A stretch of 63,576 nucleotides of DNA, counting the filler, from Reticulomyxa filosa (Eukaryota; Protista; Foraminifera), in NCBI GenBank assembly GCA_000512085.1. It is 22 parts of 22 records of this genome, joined end to end, with 100 filler letters (N's around TTAATTAATTAA, not from the genome) between each part and the next. Parts side by side here need not be neighbours in the genome. Positions count along the whole stretch, not along the records: positions 10,378 to 15,451 come from ASPP01008149.1; positions 15,552 to 17,379 come from ASPP01036989.1; positions 17,480 to 18,960 come from ASPP01028586.1; positions 19,061 to 20,723 come from ASPP01042654.1; positions 20,824 to 28,911 come from ASPP01016118.1; 17 more parts are not named here. One strand, 5' to 3'. Made by a program: the position numbers and the translations under genes. Every line of letters begins with the position of its first letter. Position 1 is the first letter of the stretch. Shown one piece after another: positions 13,401 to 27,000 of the stretch. Below the pieces are notes generated by a model, which had not been told where the DNA came from, did no database searches, and saw only the letters and a program-made list of their open reading frames with translations.

Positions 13401-15405
13401 ATTGCCACTGCCGATTTGGCAAAGACCAATTCATTGAAGCACCTCAATCACAACCCGGATGATAGCAACGTGTCATTGACCGAATCCATTGGAGATTTGG
13501 CATTCATGTTAAATTGTCCATCGACTTCCGCTGTGAATGCAGTATTCCCAAAACCATCAGTTGCTCCAATAAAACAAACTCCTTTGCCGTTGTTGCAACA
13601 TCCCAAAAGTATATTTTAAATTATTGTTTTATCCTCTCTCTCTCTCGACTATCCTTTGATCTGTCTCCAAATCGCATATACATATGTGTATACACATATG
13701 CAAATATATAAGAAAATGTAACAGATGATACAAAGATCAAAAGGGATGATTGTAAAAAGACGCATTCATTTCAATTGGCCATTGAAAGTGTATCTGGTGA
13801 GTTAATAAAATGTGTTTGTAAGTGCAAGAGATGCAAGACAATCTAATCAAAGGCCACAAGTTCTTATTGATTCGCTATCGATTTCCAACGGACATGACAA
13901 CCATATCAACCCATCTCGTCGATATTACGTCCACAACGACAGCGACGATGAAAACCTGTGATCAAAGACAGTTTCCAATTGGATTCGTCCATCAACATCG
14001 CTTGCAATTATGTGAACAAGAGGACATAGCACAACATTTGATGGATGTTCACGGCAGTATTATCTTCGAATTGTACATGACGGACAATCAATATGAACAA
14101 ACTCGCCAAAAAATGCTCAATATTGGAAATGTTGTTTTATCCGTTGAAGACCTCATTCGCACTGTTCAGTGTCCTGTTGATTTGCGGCTGAAAGTAAATG
14201 TCACTCACATTGCTCTCGCCAAACTTTGTTTCGAGCCAATCTTTTTATACGTTTCGGGATGCCATTCCTGTGACGGTAATCATTCCGCCTCGATGTTGAT
14301 AACGAATGTGGACTCTGCGAAGAGCAACGACACAGAGACAACAGAGACCAAAGACTATATCGACAATTCGATTGAAAAAAAAGACAAACTAATCGGAAAT
14401 GAAAAACAGACAAATCGAGACGACAAATACACTACAAGCGACTCTCATTCCTATCCGACGGTCCATTTGAAACTGGAAATTCATCGTGCCACCGGACTAC
14501 AAGTTTTATCCGATGTCATGCTGAAGCGGTATCCGTTCCTCAAATCCTTGCTCAGCAAGGGGCTCACCACTTGTGTCTTTTTCCATTATCATCCATCTAC
14601 TACACCATACAATCCCGGTCTAATGTGCTTTTTCTGCATTTACAATATATTTGTATTTATACATATAATACATATACATACATATGTATATCTGTGTGTA
14701 TATATATTTATTGTATATAAATATAGACTCAATCAAATGGAATACATTGTTGAGAGGTCAGACCCAGGTTGTGAGCAATTCGAAATGTCCGGAATATTGT
14801 TTAGAAACACAGTTCAGCGACGTCCCGCTTTCATGGACGAAATCCCTGAAAAAAGAAGCGGAAGAGGACAGCCTTTTGGACGGATACATACAATTTACTT
14901 TGACACAGCAAATTCCCTTGGATGAAACCAGCCATTGGAAGCAACAACAACGTTTACCACCTTCACTGATCCAATCTGGTGACGACCCCGATCATGTTTA
15001 CCTTATTTTGGGATTGTGTCGTGTGCATTTGAGAGACGTGATGCCCGAAAAAGAGTGGGTAGTGTTGCGTCCTCACGAGTTGTGTGTCGATCCAACACTA
15101 CGAATCGCTAACGTATATATCCGCCATTGAAATAGGATTGCATGTATCGAGTCCTTTAGACGTGAATGGTCACGGCAAACAACTTGTTACATCTTCGCCT
15201 GCTGTTGTCGGTAATATCGTTGCGTTCAATGACCCTGGTCCGGTGCAATTGCTCTCATTGACAGACCCTCGATGGTCGGAGGAGAATCCTTTCCATCCCA
15301 GTCCTGATCAAGACTACCAAAACACCTCTTTCGATTGTCGGGTCTCTATTGTGGTCGAAGAAGTGCTACCGGCCCATGACACTGAAGAAGAGCAATATGA
15401 CAGGT
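10458..15405 (+). CDS. C2CD3: C2 domain-containing protein 3-like (distal centriole/ciliogenesis protein), multi-exon, partial, several apparent frameshifts
   Basis: Colinear matches to recalled C2CD3 blocks: LIDGLFHLISLENGKQVIGEVKLKL; RIGMVKIPW...LPIVDP...GEMDLCLALGSLSQMQML (cf. GSLRVFLAMGSSNQIMAL); IRYRFP; LEIHRATGLQ...YPFL...GLTT (cf. IIRACGLQ...EPAL...GVNA). Confidence 0.7.
12399..12472 (+). repeat. Coding 12-bp tandem repeat (CATGACAATG[A/G]T)n encoding HDND/HDNG
   Basis: About five copies, visible directly in the sequence. Confidence 0.85.
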
Positions 15406-15726
15406 ATGGTGTGTATATATGTGTGTGTTTTTTTTTTTTTTTTTTTTTTTTNNNNNNNNNNNNNNNNNNNNNNNNNNNNNNNNNNNNNNNNNNNNTTAAT
15501 TAATTAANNNNNNNNNNNNNNNNNNNNNNNNNNNNNNNNNNNNNNNNNNNNTCTGAAAATAAGATTTGTACCATTACCAGACATAAGATCGATGGGATTA
15601 CTTGAGGCAAATGAAACTTTGTTGAAGTAAATGTTGCAGATGTCTGAAAAAAATTACATTGGCGTGAAGAATTAAAGGGAAATGACTTGAACAAGTTAAA
15701 TTAGTTTGTCGAAAAAAGGTATAAAT

Positions 15727-17379
15727 TCAAAAAAGAGAGGAAAATGAAGGAATCAACTGAAAATCAAATACATAAGTATCAAAATAAAATCGAACCAATT
15801 TCTGATCAATTTCTTTGATGATTTGAATAAGTCTGGGAAATTTATATTGATAAAATTGACGAAATTGGGCCCGCTCAGTTAAATTAAGATACAATTCAAA
15901 ATAAATTTGATTGACCGATTCATCACGACTATAAAATGCCTCATTTTGAATGGTATGAATCTTTGCTTTTGCAACAAGAGTTTGTGCCATTGCCATTCCA
16001 TTATATATTTCTTCATATTCTACTTTCAATTGTTTTGAAGAAATTTGTATTGTTGCATTTGATATATTTAACGTATTTCCACCTTTTACTCTGTTCTCAC
16101 TTCCGTTATACTTGGTCTTTTCTTCATTAATGATAGAATTGTAATTAGTTTTATTAAATACAAAACTTTTGGATTCTTGATTACGAAACCATTGATAAAC
16201 AACATTACCCAAACGAATTCGATATCCAAAATTGTGACTTCTCATGTAACAATTTTCTGCATCTTTTTGAATTGGACGATATGGCCAATCTTTTACTATT
16301 AATAATGCATTTCCCTCTCGAGGATTATTATTACCACTGCAATATAAATGCATCATACTCTCATTAATATCACCATCTTTCAATATTGTCGCATTCTTAA
16401 TGTATTCCTTCAACCACTCTTTGTTTTTATCAATATCTAAACCATTTGATTTGAAATAAGCAACCAAATAAGGTTGAATTAATGCACCATTCTTTGGATG
16501 AGGTGTATTGGATGGAACTGTATTCATCCATCGATTATCCACTCGCACTAAAATAAAATCAAATTTTTTACACAAACTCAAATAAATACAATGACCTTCA
16601 TGACCAACCACCAAACTCATTTCATTATATGAATTTGATAAGGTTGATTTCAAATTCATCAATCGATTCACCACATTGCAACTCCAATCATCCAGCAAAT
16701 CTGGACATTTGTATTTGAATTCTTCAGTTGTAATAAAATCCCAATAAGTTGTCAATTGAACTTGTAATTCTTTCACACCTTTTTCATATACTTGTTTGAA
16801 TGTTGAACCTCTTGGTAATCGCATCTGATTTGCTCCTTCCTGTCTTAATCCGATACAAATTTCAAATAACAAAAATATTCGAAATGTCAAAAATGATGAA
16901 AGATTCCATCCTTTATTAAATTTTTTTTTCAATTGAGTTTTCTACATTCATGGATATAACATTTCGACCAGCAGCCCAATATAATAAATTATTTTTGATT
17001 AATATTTCTTTTAATTGTTCCTGGCCTATTCCCAACAAGAATATTGCACCTTCCTTTAATAATGTTTCATAACTCTCTTCATCAATGATCTTGATCACAC
17101 CATTTTGATCAATCAATTTATCTTTGACATAATCAATTGCATATTCAATTCTTTTCATAGGATACATTGTCCGTTGTTTTAATATCAATTTGCACATTCC
17201 CATTGCATCTAAATACTCTTTGGTATTCTTATTCTTTTTATGTTTCATTATAAATTTCATGATATTTTCAAAAGGAGTTCTTAAGGTGAGAGAGTTGACA
17301 GCACCCTCTTTGATATCAATATATGCACCTTGTTCAATGCAATAACAAGCAATATCCCAATGTTGATGATTGATTGCCA
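15727..17379 (-). CDS. Ankyrin-repeat protein with a putative CE-clan-like cysteine peptidase domain; 5' partial; frameshift in the A-run at about 16925
   Basis: The contig starts in an ankyrin-like repeat (AINHQHWDIACYCIEQGAYIDIK...TPF). ORFs 16916-17260 and 15727-16932 join across a homopolymer. Motifs GHEGHCIYLSL...VRVDN...PIQKDAENCY. Confidence 0.6.
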
Positions 17380-19060
17380 NNNNNNNNNNNNNNNNNNNNN
17401 NNNNNNNNNNNNNNNNNNNNNNNTTAATTAATTAANNNNNNNNNNNNNNNNNNNNNNNNNNNNNNNNNNNNNNNNNNNNTTATATGCAATTCTTTGTACT
17501 TCACACTGTTTATTCCATTGAAAATTTTTCAGATCAAATGTTATTTATAGGTATTTGAATTCTTTCGTTTCCACCAGTAGTAACAGTTATACAAAAAAAT
17601 TGATAATCGCGATTTAACTTGTTTCTTCTACATTAATTGGAGTGACCACCCAAAAAAACTCTGTATTAATTCGAGCGACTCCAAAAAAGCTAGTTTGAGT
17701 TTTTAATGAATAAACACAATAAAAAAAGACCAAAATCGCATTAATATTTGCTCAATTATTATCCAAAATGTTTTTTTCAATAATATTTTGCATTTTGGAA
17801 CTGACAAGATTAGACATTCATTTTATCACAAACAATATTATAAAAAAAACAAAAAAACAATTTTTGTGAAATCATTTCATGTTGGATTGTTTCTACTTTT
17901 GTATCCTAATACATTCAAGAAACATTACATAGTTCAATGATAGTTACAAAATAATTCAAATTGCAAATTAATAAATTTGTCCTAAATTATAATAACCTTC
18001 CAAATAAATAATCAAAAGCGATCTAGGAAATCAATATAGTTTTTTCACTATACTTTTGATTGAAAGTGTAAAAAAATACTCCATTTTTTTTGGAGTTTAT
18101 CAATAAAAGGCTGTATTCAAGGAAATGGCAACGTTTGACATGCCAACAAAGTTACTTATGTCGATAGATTTTTAGAGCAAAAAATTATCAATAAAAATTT
18201 TGTCTTTTGACATGTACAAATGTGTAATTGAATACTTTTCAATGAACATAAAAAATTTGTAAAAAATTGTTAGAACTTTATTAAATATATTATTTTGTAA
18301 GAAATTTCTAAAAAAGTAATATTCTAAAAAAAGTCTAATCACTTCAAAAAAAAAACTTGGCATAGAATTTCATTGTCCAAATCTTGTTAGCCGCATTGCG
18401 TTGCAATTTGTTGACATGACGATCAGAGTGACTTCCAAGTATCGACTTGCCAATCTTGCCAATTATCCGCAGCATCCAACGGACAAATCTACAGTTCATT
18501 GCCACAAACATACTTCGACTATACTATACGTATTCAAATATTAAAAACACATGTCATTTATCTTTTGCTTTGCTTCCTTTTTTACAAATACAATGACATA
18601 CAAATTTCTTTAAAGTGGCAGTCTTGGGATTACAACGAAAAGATTCGCCAAAAGCGTCAAGCCAATGCAACAATAAAGAGAAGATTGAGCAAACTGCTGT
18701 GTGTAAGAATATCAAGAGAAAGAGGAATAAAAACAAAAACAAAAATAAATTGGGAGTGGTCTGTATGTGCGGAATGGAGGTGATAGTGATGATATACGGC
18801 AGCGTGACCACTGACAAATTGAACACATGGCTGAACCGTCGAGCGGAGCGAATGGACAACGAGAGACTAAAGCGCAACGGCCGATCTGGGAAAGTGCGTT
18901 TGTGGAACAGCATTGATTTGCGCCCAACGGTTCGTACTTTTACATCAGACAAGTATTTGANNNNNNNNNNNNNNNNNNNNNNNNNNNNNNNNNNNNNNNN
19001 NNNNTTAATTAATTAANNNNNNNNNNNNNNNNNNNNNNNNNNNNNNNNNNNNNNNNNNNN

Positions 19061-20723
19061 GAGCGGAATTGCGATTTATCGGGGCTAAGTATAGCAAGAT
19101 TATGAAATAGCCAACAAAAAAAAAATAAGATAAAAATATCAATGGCTTATGTACGGCATTTTGGTTATTTGCGATCTACATTTATTTGTACTTCATGCAA
19201 TGAACACTGCACACAAATTCAACATTTACACGTGTGTTCACACATACTCACAATGCATGATCTTTTTTTATTTAAAAAAAAAAAATAATGTATACTTGTG
19301 CATATGTGTATATAGAGACAGATGCTGACAATAAAGCGAAAACTGTTGTTGGTAGGGTAATAGTATTTTGTGGTATGACCTGATATTTTGCGTAACGGAA
19401 AAAGCGCGGCCTGATTTCGTGGAAATGTATTTCATTGTTCTTGAAGTGCCTGGTAATGCGGCGGATACAAGCATCGCGTCGTATCCAACAAGTCGTCCGT
19501 TAGCACATAGTCATTTTGTACGCATTTGCGTTGGGCTCGAGCAAACGATAGGTCGCGTATAGACAGTTGGCGCAATCAAAAATCCAGTTGAATAAATCAT
19601 GCAAGAAAAAAGGAGATAGAATGGGTTGGCGATCAAATAAGGTTGTTGTTATTGTAAATGTTCGTATCAATGACATTTGTCCATTCGACAAGGCCAAGAT
19701 ATTCCTCATAACAATGGCGACTAGAGCAGATAGATTTTGTATTTGGAAAGTATCAATTGTGATAACGTCAGAAGAGTTGGACAAGCTATACCAAATCAAT
19801 CACAGACAACCTAGATCTTGATTCCGCGAACTACAAAATCAAGCTTGCCAAGCTAAAGAAAACGAAAACGTGATGATCTAGCACAAAGTGGTAACGATTC
19901 AACATTACGGAGCCAGAGATTGGATTGATCGAAGAAGTGGAGCCAAGGAAGAAGATGACAATAATGTTGTTAGAAAATGATAACACAGATGGTCGAGCAA
20001 ATCACGGCGTTTGAAGAATTACTTTATGTGCGAGCGGTTCAATTTGGTGGGAAACGAATCCAAGATCACTGACAAAAAGGAGAGGAAGAAGCAAAGAAAG
20101 TGGATCCCAAGAGTTCGGGGGAGCTATACTACGATGGTTTGTTTTTATATATGTATATATAACGTTTCTAGGCTTTGCTGAGTTTGATTATGGAATGTCT
20201 ATTTACGTACACGATTGGCGATTTTGCGCGTTTTCAGATATGGACGAACTTCTCATAGCGCCAATGGAACTGCTGGATGAGTGTGGTAATGTCAAGACAG
20301 TGTCAACCTAAATAGTTGGAAGGAATTGTATATTCATATGTTGATAGCGAACAAGTATCTGCTTCTTATTCAACAACAACAGCAAGAGCAGTTCTAATAG
20401 AATTCGATCTGCCGCTGCAACTCTACAATGGATGGCAAAGCATCAAAGAGGGTGTGTGGAGCTGCGATTTATAGGATGCCAAGTACAAAAAGTCTTGTGA
20501 AATGGCCAATAAAAAAAAAAAGGACAAACATCAATGGATCATTTACGACATTTTGGTTATTTGCGATATCACATTGATTTGTGCTTTATGCGATGAATAC
20601 TGCACACAAATCTAACAATTTTACATGTATGTTTATATCTACTCACAATGCAAGATCTTTTTTTATTAAAATAAAAAAAACAATAATTGATACTTGTGTA
20701 TATGTGTATATAGAGACAGATGC
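19061..20723 (+). pseudogene. Degenerate intron-containing gene relic with diverged direct repeats about 1.39 kb apart
   Basis: 19061-19325 aligns by eye with about 20454-20723 (shared ATTTTGGTTATTTGCGAT, ACTGCACACAAAT and TATGTGTATATAGAGACAGATGC). All frames are interrupted. Intron-like TA-rich segments end in AG. Confidence 0.65.
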
Positions 20724-20823
20724 NNNNNNNNNNNNNNNNNNNNNNNNNNNNNNNNNNNNNNNNNNNNTTAATTAATTAANNNNNNNNNNNNNNNNNNNNN
20801 NNNNNNNNNNNNNNNNNNNNNNN

Positions 20824-21141
20824 GATTTTTTCACTGTTCTGTTTGCTATCCCTCGGACGGTGGGTTGGTTGGCACACTGGTGTGTCTTTTTTTTTTTTTT
20901 TGAAAAAAAAACTTAATATGACTACATGTATGCACGCAAAAAAAAAAAAAAAAAAAAAGGAAATGAGTATTTAGACGATAAGGACACTCGAATTGTGAGA
21001 CCAAGGCAAATCTACTTGGGACATAAAAAACGACATTATGTACCCATTGACGAAAGACACAGCTCAGATGCCAACCCAGAAATTCGGTCCGATATGTCCG
21101 CTGAGTCCAAACGAAGACTAGCGGCAGCAACTGTTCCTTGA
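20824..21141 (+). CDS. 3' terminal exon(s) of an unidentified gene
   Basis: Short exon, GT...poly-A-AG intron, then a frame ending ...ESKRRLAAATVP-stop. Confidence 0.4.
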
Positions 21142-22029
21142 AGCTTTGGCAGATTTTTTTTTTCATTAACTAGAGTACAAAATTTGTAAAATTTTGTCAC
21201 TTGTATACTCAATCGATACCCTTTTTGATTTTCGCAACATTCAATATATTATCCAAGCAATATCTACAATTAATACCTGCGAGAGATCCACGGTATCTGA
21301 TTGCAGTGTTGAAATTTTGCAATACGCTAATCAATTTGAAAAGTTGAAATTGGCATAAAAGCAATGGCGCAGGATTATACTATTAAACATAAGCACCCCT
21401 TTTTCGTTTAGCATTTTCCTTTAACAGAACGAATTTTACTATTTTGGAGATTTTGTTTGAATTGTTATCAAACAAAGACTTGTAAACAAAAAATAGTCAG
21501 CCTTTTTTACTAGATTAAAACGGCATAACATAACTGAATGTAATCAAAAAAGAAAGTTACAAAAGTTAATTTTTGTTACAAAAAAAATAAATATTGTGTT
21601 ATAAATGTAATTATTGAAATTTTGCATCAAGGGAACACTTTATTCTGTTTAAATTAACGAAAAAGAGGTACCTAAAACGCAGAACAATACCAGATGGGGA
21701 CATTTTTCACAAGACATTTCAAATACAAAAAAAACTTTTTTTGAAAACAAATAATCAAACTGGATCTCTTTGGGCTCAGCTCCAGTTGGAGTATTTTCAT
21801 TAAGAGTTGTTTAGCAAAGTGTTTTGACAACAGTACCAGGAAGGAAAAAGGATGCTACAGCTTTAAAATTGTGTCAATATTGGCCAGAAGTTCAATTCTG
21901 CAATAAAACTAAAAAAGATCAAGCAGTACTTTTTTCCTCTTTCTTTTTTTTAAAAATCCCATCACATACTATAAAAAGAAGAAGAGAAAGGAAAAAAAAA
22001 AATGCTCCATTTGCCGATTTTGAAGACAG

Positions 22030-23821
22030 CTAATGGAATGTGGAACAGTAAATTTGTTTACATTGTTTGAACATGCAATAGGCGTGCTTTGTTTCCATTT
22101 TGTGTTTTTTTGATGGATGGAATGGCGTAGCAAACAATTTTTGGCAGCACCAGTGACAATGAGAACAAAAAGTACGATAAGTGGATTCAGAATAGCTCAT
22201 GGTCAAATGGACAGCAATAACAGAAATGCTTGCGTCCAGCCCCATCAAATAGATATTACTATATCGAACACTATTGTCTCGACTGGACATGATGATAATG
22301 CACAACTCACAGAGAAAAGAGGAGATAAACATGATCACAGACAAATTTGTAAACCGAATCAAATTTCGCACTAGTTTCAATTGCATTTGATCTAATTGAA
22401 TTTGCGACAAACTGATTTTTTTGCTGTTTGGGTCGGCTTGTTGCTGTTTCGAAAGTTGCAGAGCAGTCATGGAAGGCTCGGCTTCTTCATTTGTTAGCGT
22501 TGGTGTCGATATTGACATTGTTGATATTGACATGCTTTTATTGTTTATTTTGTTACGTTTATTTTGTTCAATTTTTTTTATCTTTTCATTTTTTTTAAAA
22601 AAAAAAAAAATGAAAAATGAAAAGATAACACGTAATCCGTTAACCAAACATATAGTTACTGAACAATTTGTACATAACATATACATATATGTACGACACA
22701 CCTTCGATTTGGACTGAAGCTGCCACGGGTGTCTCTGGAATTGAGCAGCAGGTCGCTGATGTGCAACATGGCCGAGGGCTCTTTTTCCATAATGACGCTA
22801 TTGAACCGGATATGGAACAAATACAATAGATACCACGAGTAAACCAAGTCCACGCATATCATCACCACAAACGAATAGCTTTGGGATTCATAAAACGCAG
22901 TTTCGATTTTCCCTTTCGAGTTCAAATACACAAACGTCAACAATCCCAAAAACAAGCACAACATCCCTATTGGGAGGAGAAATATAAATATCACTGGTCC
23001 ATTACAATTACGTGAGGGTAATGGCAATAGCTTCAGTCTATTGAATTTCATTTTTTTTTTTTTTTTTTTTAAGTAACCCCCCTTTTCTCACCGGAATTTT
23101 GTATAATAATGATAAATACATAAACATATATGCATATGTGTATATAAATATATGTATATATGATAAAAATGTGCGGCGTGGTATAATCGATTACCTCGAC
23201 ACAAGAAAGAAATAGGAAAAAATCTTCATTATTAACCACAGGAAAACGCTGACGGCGAAAAACACAATCATGGTCTCCCCCAATTTGTGACACGAATCTG
23301 CGCAGCAACGATCGTCAGTTCCATCTTTTCCTTTCGTCGATCTTTCTAGTACCAGCATTTCGAATATGTAACCCAGGCTAGTTGTTAAACCCACTATCAA
23401 CGCTTGCACGTACAATGCAAGAATCGATAGGCGATAGGTGGCATTCATTGGTGTCTTCGTTGTCGTCCACGGGCATGGCCATAGTTGTGGGTTTCCGTAC
23501 AAGATACCAACACTTCGAAACACGATCACACATGAAATCAAAAAAAACAACAGTGTCGCTATACCGATAATGTATACGGACACCTCAGTTGCAGGTGCCA
23601 CAGGCCAACATGTCCAGCCAAACATTTCATAGACCTTGAAAAGGGGAAAAAAAAAAAATAATTCTTTAAAAGTTTTGAACAACTAATTTCTATCTAAATT
23701 TTGCTTTGTAGCCAGTACTGTGTACTATTGTATCCAAAAAATAATATTTTAGTTTAGATTCTTATTAGTTGGCATTATTAATTTTAACCGTAATGTTTGC
23801 AGACTCCGTTTCTCCGGGCAT
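22030..23821 (-). CDS. Seven-transmembrane (GPCR-like) protein, four exons
   Basis: Micro-exon 23789-23821 (MPGETESANIT) splices in frame to VYEMFGWTCW. Seven hydrophobic segments across ORFs 23191-23682, 22656-23051 and 22030-22701. Cys before TM3, a long loop between TM5 and TM6, and a Cys-rich tail. Confidence 0.65.
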
Positions 23822-24021
23822 GTATTTAATCAAAGCGTATTTAAATCTTGACACTCAGTCTCTCCACAAATGCAAAGTTTTGTAAGGTGAAAGTTAAAGT
23901 TTTGAAAATGTTTAGAGCACAAAAACAAGCATTTCTTTGTCGCTATGGATCCAACGTCAACAAATGCTCATCACATTAATAAAGTTTGAAGGAGACCAAG
24001 AAAATAAATAAATAAACAAGT

Positions 24022-27000
24022 ATGTCCTTGTTAACTTCTAGTAGTGATGAAATGGAAGATATAATACACTACTATGGTGTAAACCATCAGTGGTATAATT
24101 TGGAGATATTTTTAGAAAAAAAAATACAATCTGCTGGCTCAGCCACAGCTTTTCCACTGCTGAATTTTTGGCTTGGGTTTTGTTATCTATTAAAAGATGA
24201 GCATGATCATGCGTCGACACAATTTGAAAGTTTGCAAAGTGATGAAAATTATAAACTGGCTGCAACTGCGGCAGCGATTGAAGCATCTCTTATTTCAAGA
24301 AGAGATGATCAGACTACAGAGGGCCATGATAAGGAAGAGTCAACATTGAAAACAAAATTACGATCTTTTAGCAAAACCGTTAATGCAAGAAAAGTTTTTT
24401 TTTAACTTAAGGGATCCTTCTGGAACTGGTTGTTTGACAAATTCTAGGGAAACATTGACGCCTTATTAAATGTTTCAATGTATTTTTATCACATTGGAAG
24501 AATAAAACAATCCAGACACTTTTGTGAAAAGGCTCAAGAAATCAATAACAATCATCCAAATGTCTTATGTATGCTAGGATGGATTTTCTTGCAGCTGTGC
24601 AAACAAGCTTCAAACGAAGCAGAAAAAAGCAGATTTTTTAAAAAGGTCCCAATTTTGTTTGCAACAGCTATTAAACAAAGTGAACAAGGCAATTCTGCGT
24701 CCGATAAAAAAAAACCACCAATGCTGGCATTATATGGATTATATCAATGTTATTTGATGAAAAAAAACTTGAAAAAAGCGACAGAGTGTTTGAATATATT
24801 GATGGTACATTACAGTTATTTGTCCATACATATCCTAAGTGACAAGGCATTACTGCATTTGTTATGTGGAATGGGACAAGAAACAGTTGCCACGTGTGAA
24901 CGTATTGAGAAGCAATGTGAAGAAGAGCGTGCTGCACTTCCAATTAGTGTATTGCAGGCTCAATTATATTGCAACCTGATCTATGAAGGAAATAAACATA
25001 AGGCGATTTGTGTGCTGAAAAATATAACCGATCAATTTGTCAATGACCAGTGTTTTATGAGCTATCGCACAAACGCTTTTGTCTTTTATGACATTGTATC
25101 AGTTGTAGTTAGATGTGTCATTTTCTCAGAAGAGTTAAGTGCTTTTATGCTATATTCAGTTTGGAGTCACAAAGGACTCCATTTTTTAAAAAAAGAAGTG
25201 GAGAGAAGAAAGAGAGAAAAAATGTGACAAAATACTATTTTTTAAAACCTTTTTTTTTTTTTTTGGCAAACAGTATTTTGCAGCTTTGTCAACAGCTTAT
25301 AAAACATGCAGTGGAATTAGATCCAGAAAATCCACTGTATTTAAAGGAGCAGGCCTACATTTACATGTGCTCAGGTTAAGCATGATCAAATTCAAACTTT
25401 TGAAAATGACAGTATATACATATATAAAAAAAAAAGAGTGTTATACATAATTAAATAAACAACTTTTGTTGCAGATAGAATCGAGGAAGCGCGACAAATA
25501 TATGAAGAAGCAAATATAGTTGATGAACAATTAAGCAAAGAAGTGTTATATGGAATAATCGAGTGCAAGATAGCACAAGGACAAATGAGCGAAGCTGAGG
25601 AAGTGTTTGAACTTTTGGAAGAAAGTGACGGTAACGAACACAAGGAAGAAGAAGGCCACCTTAATCTTCATAATTTTTCCATGCACAATTACTTACAAGG
25701 ACTTTTCGAATGGAAAGTGAATCAAAATGAGCATACTGTTTCAAACATCTTTCAGCTAGCATTTGATGCTTACAAAAAGATGATTCAATTATTACCAAGA
25801 ACGTTTAGACAAAACCTTCCCTTTTTTTTTTTTTTTTTTTGGAAATATTTGTTGAAAAACGGCCAGTTAACAAACATTTTATTTTACAAAAATAGTGGCG
25901 AATTTTTTCGGCAAGTAAACATGAGATTTGTTCTCTCCATTGTCCAAAAGTATTTGAGCCATCAAATTGAAAGTATGATTTTACCTGAGTTGCACGAGCA
26001 CCAGGATCAATTTCTAGAACAATGTATCGATGTGTTGGAAAATGGTATGCACATGATTGTGGACAATTGCGCATGTTATGATGCATTATTGCTTCTAAGC
26101 AAATGCTACTTCCTGAACCGTGACATGGCAGCCGCCTCCAAAATTTGGAATAATTTAGTCAATATGGACAGCAGTCAATGGCAAGTATACTTACTGCAAT
26201 GCCAATTTCATTTGCAGCCCTCAACTATCGATGTCAAAAGTGCACAAATTGCATTGGACCAAGCCAGTGCGTCAAACTTTGAAGTGCAGTCCATGCCAGT
26301 ATTTCAATATTTCAAAGGCTATTTACTGTACTTAGCACATGATAGCAAGCAAGCCACTCTAACTTTACAAAGTGCACTCGACAAACTTAAAAAAGAATAT
26401 ATTGCGAATAAACAAGAGTGTCGATCCATCTATGGGCTTTTCAATTATAAGGACTTATGTTTGTCTATTTGTGTGCTACTCGCGCAGCTACTTCGGGACA
26501 ATAATGAGATACAAAAAGCCAAACAAGCCATTGACAGCGCGACTAGTTTAATCCAGGATCAATATTTTCAAACACAACTTAAAATTGCCCAGTCTCAAAT
26601 GTTGATAAGTCAAAACAATATTCATGATGCCCTAGGTACGTATACCTTATTTTATTAAAATTTTTTTTTTTTGGCAGTGATTACGTATAACTACTATACG
26701 TATACTATCCATCCTCTTTATATATTATCTATATATATGTATATAGCCCTACTGCAATCTGTCCCAAAAACTAGCAAATGTTACATTCGCACGGTGATGA
26801 TGATCGCAGAAATTTATTTGATTCATAAAAAAGATCAGCAAAAATATGTGCAGCATTTTGAGGAATTGGTTCGAGAACAACAGAGTGCTTCACTTGAACC
26901 AAACGAATCCGACCAGGTCCGTTACCTGGTTTTATTGGCGGATGCGTATATGCGCGTGCGACGTATCGATGATGCAATTATCACATATCAACAAGCGCTT

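Noticed and set aside
18360-18960. Higher-GC exon-like patches
   Set aside because: No consistent frame or family could be supported.
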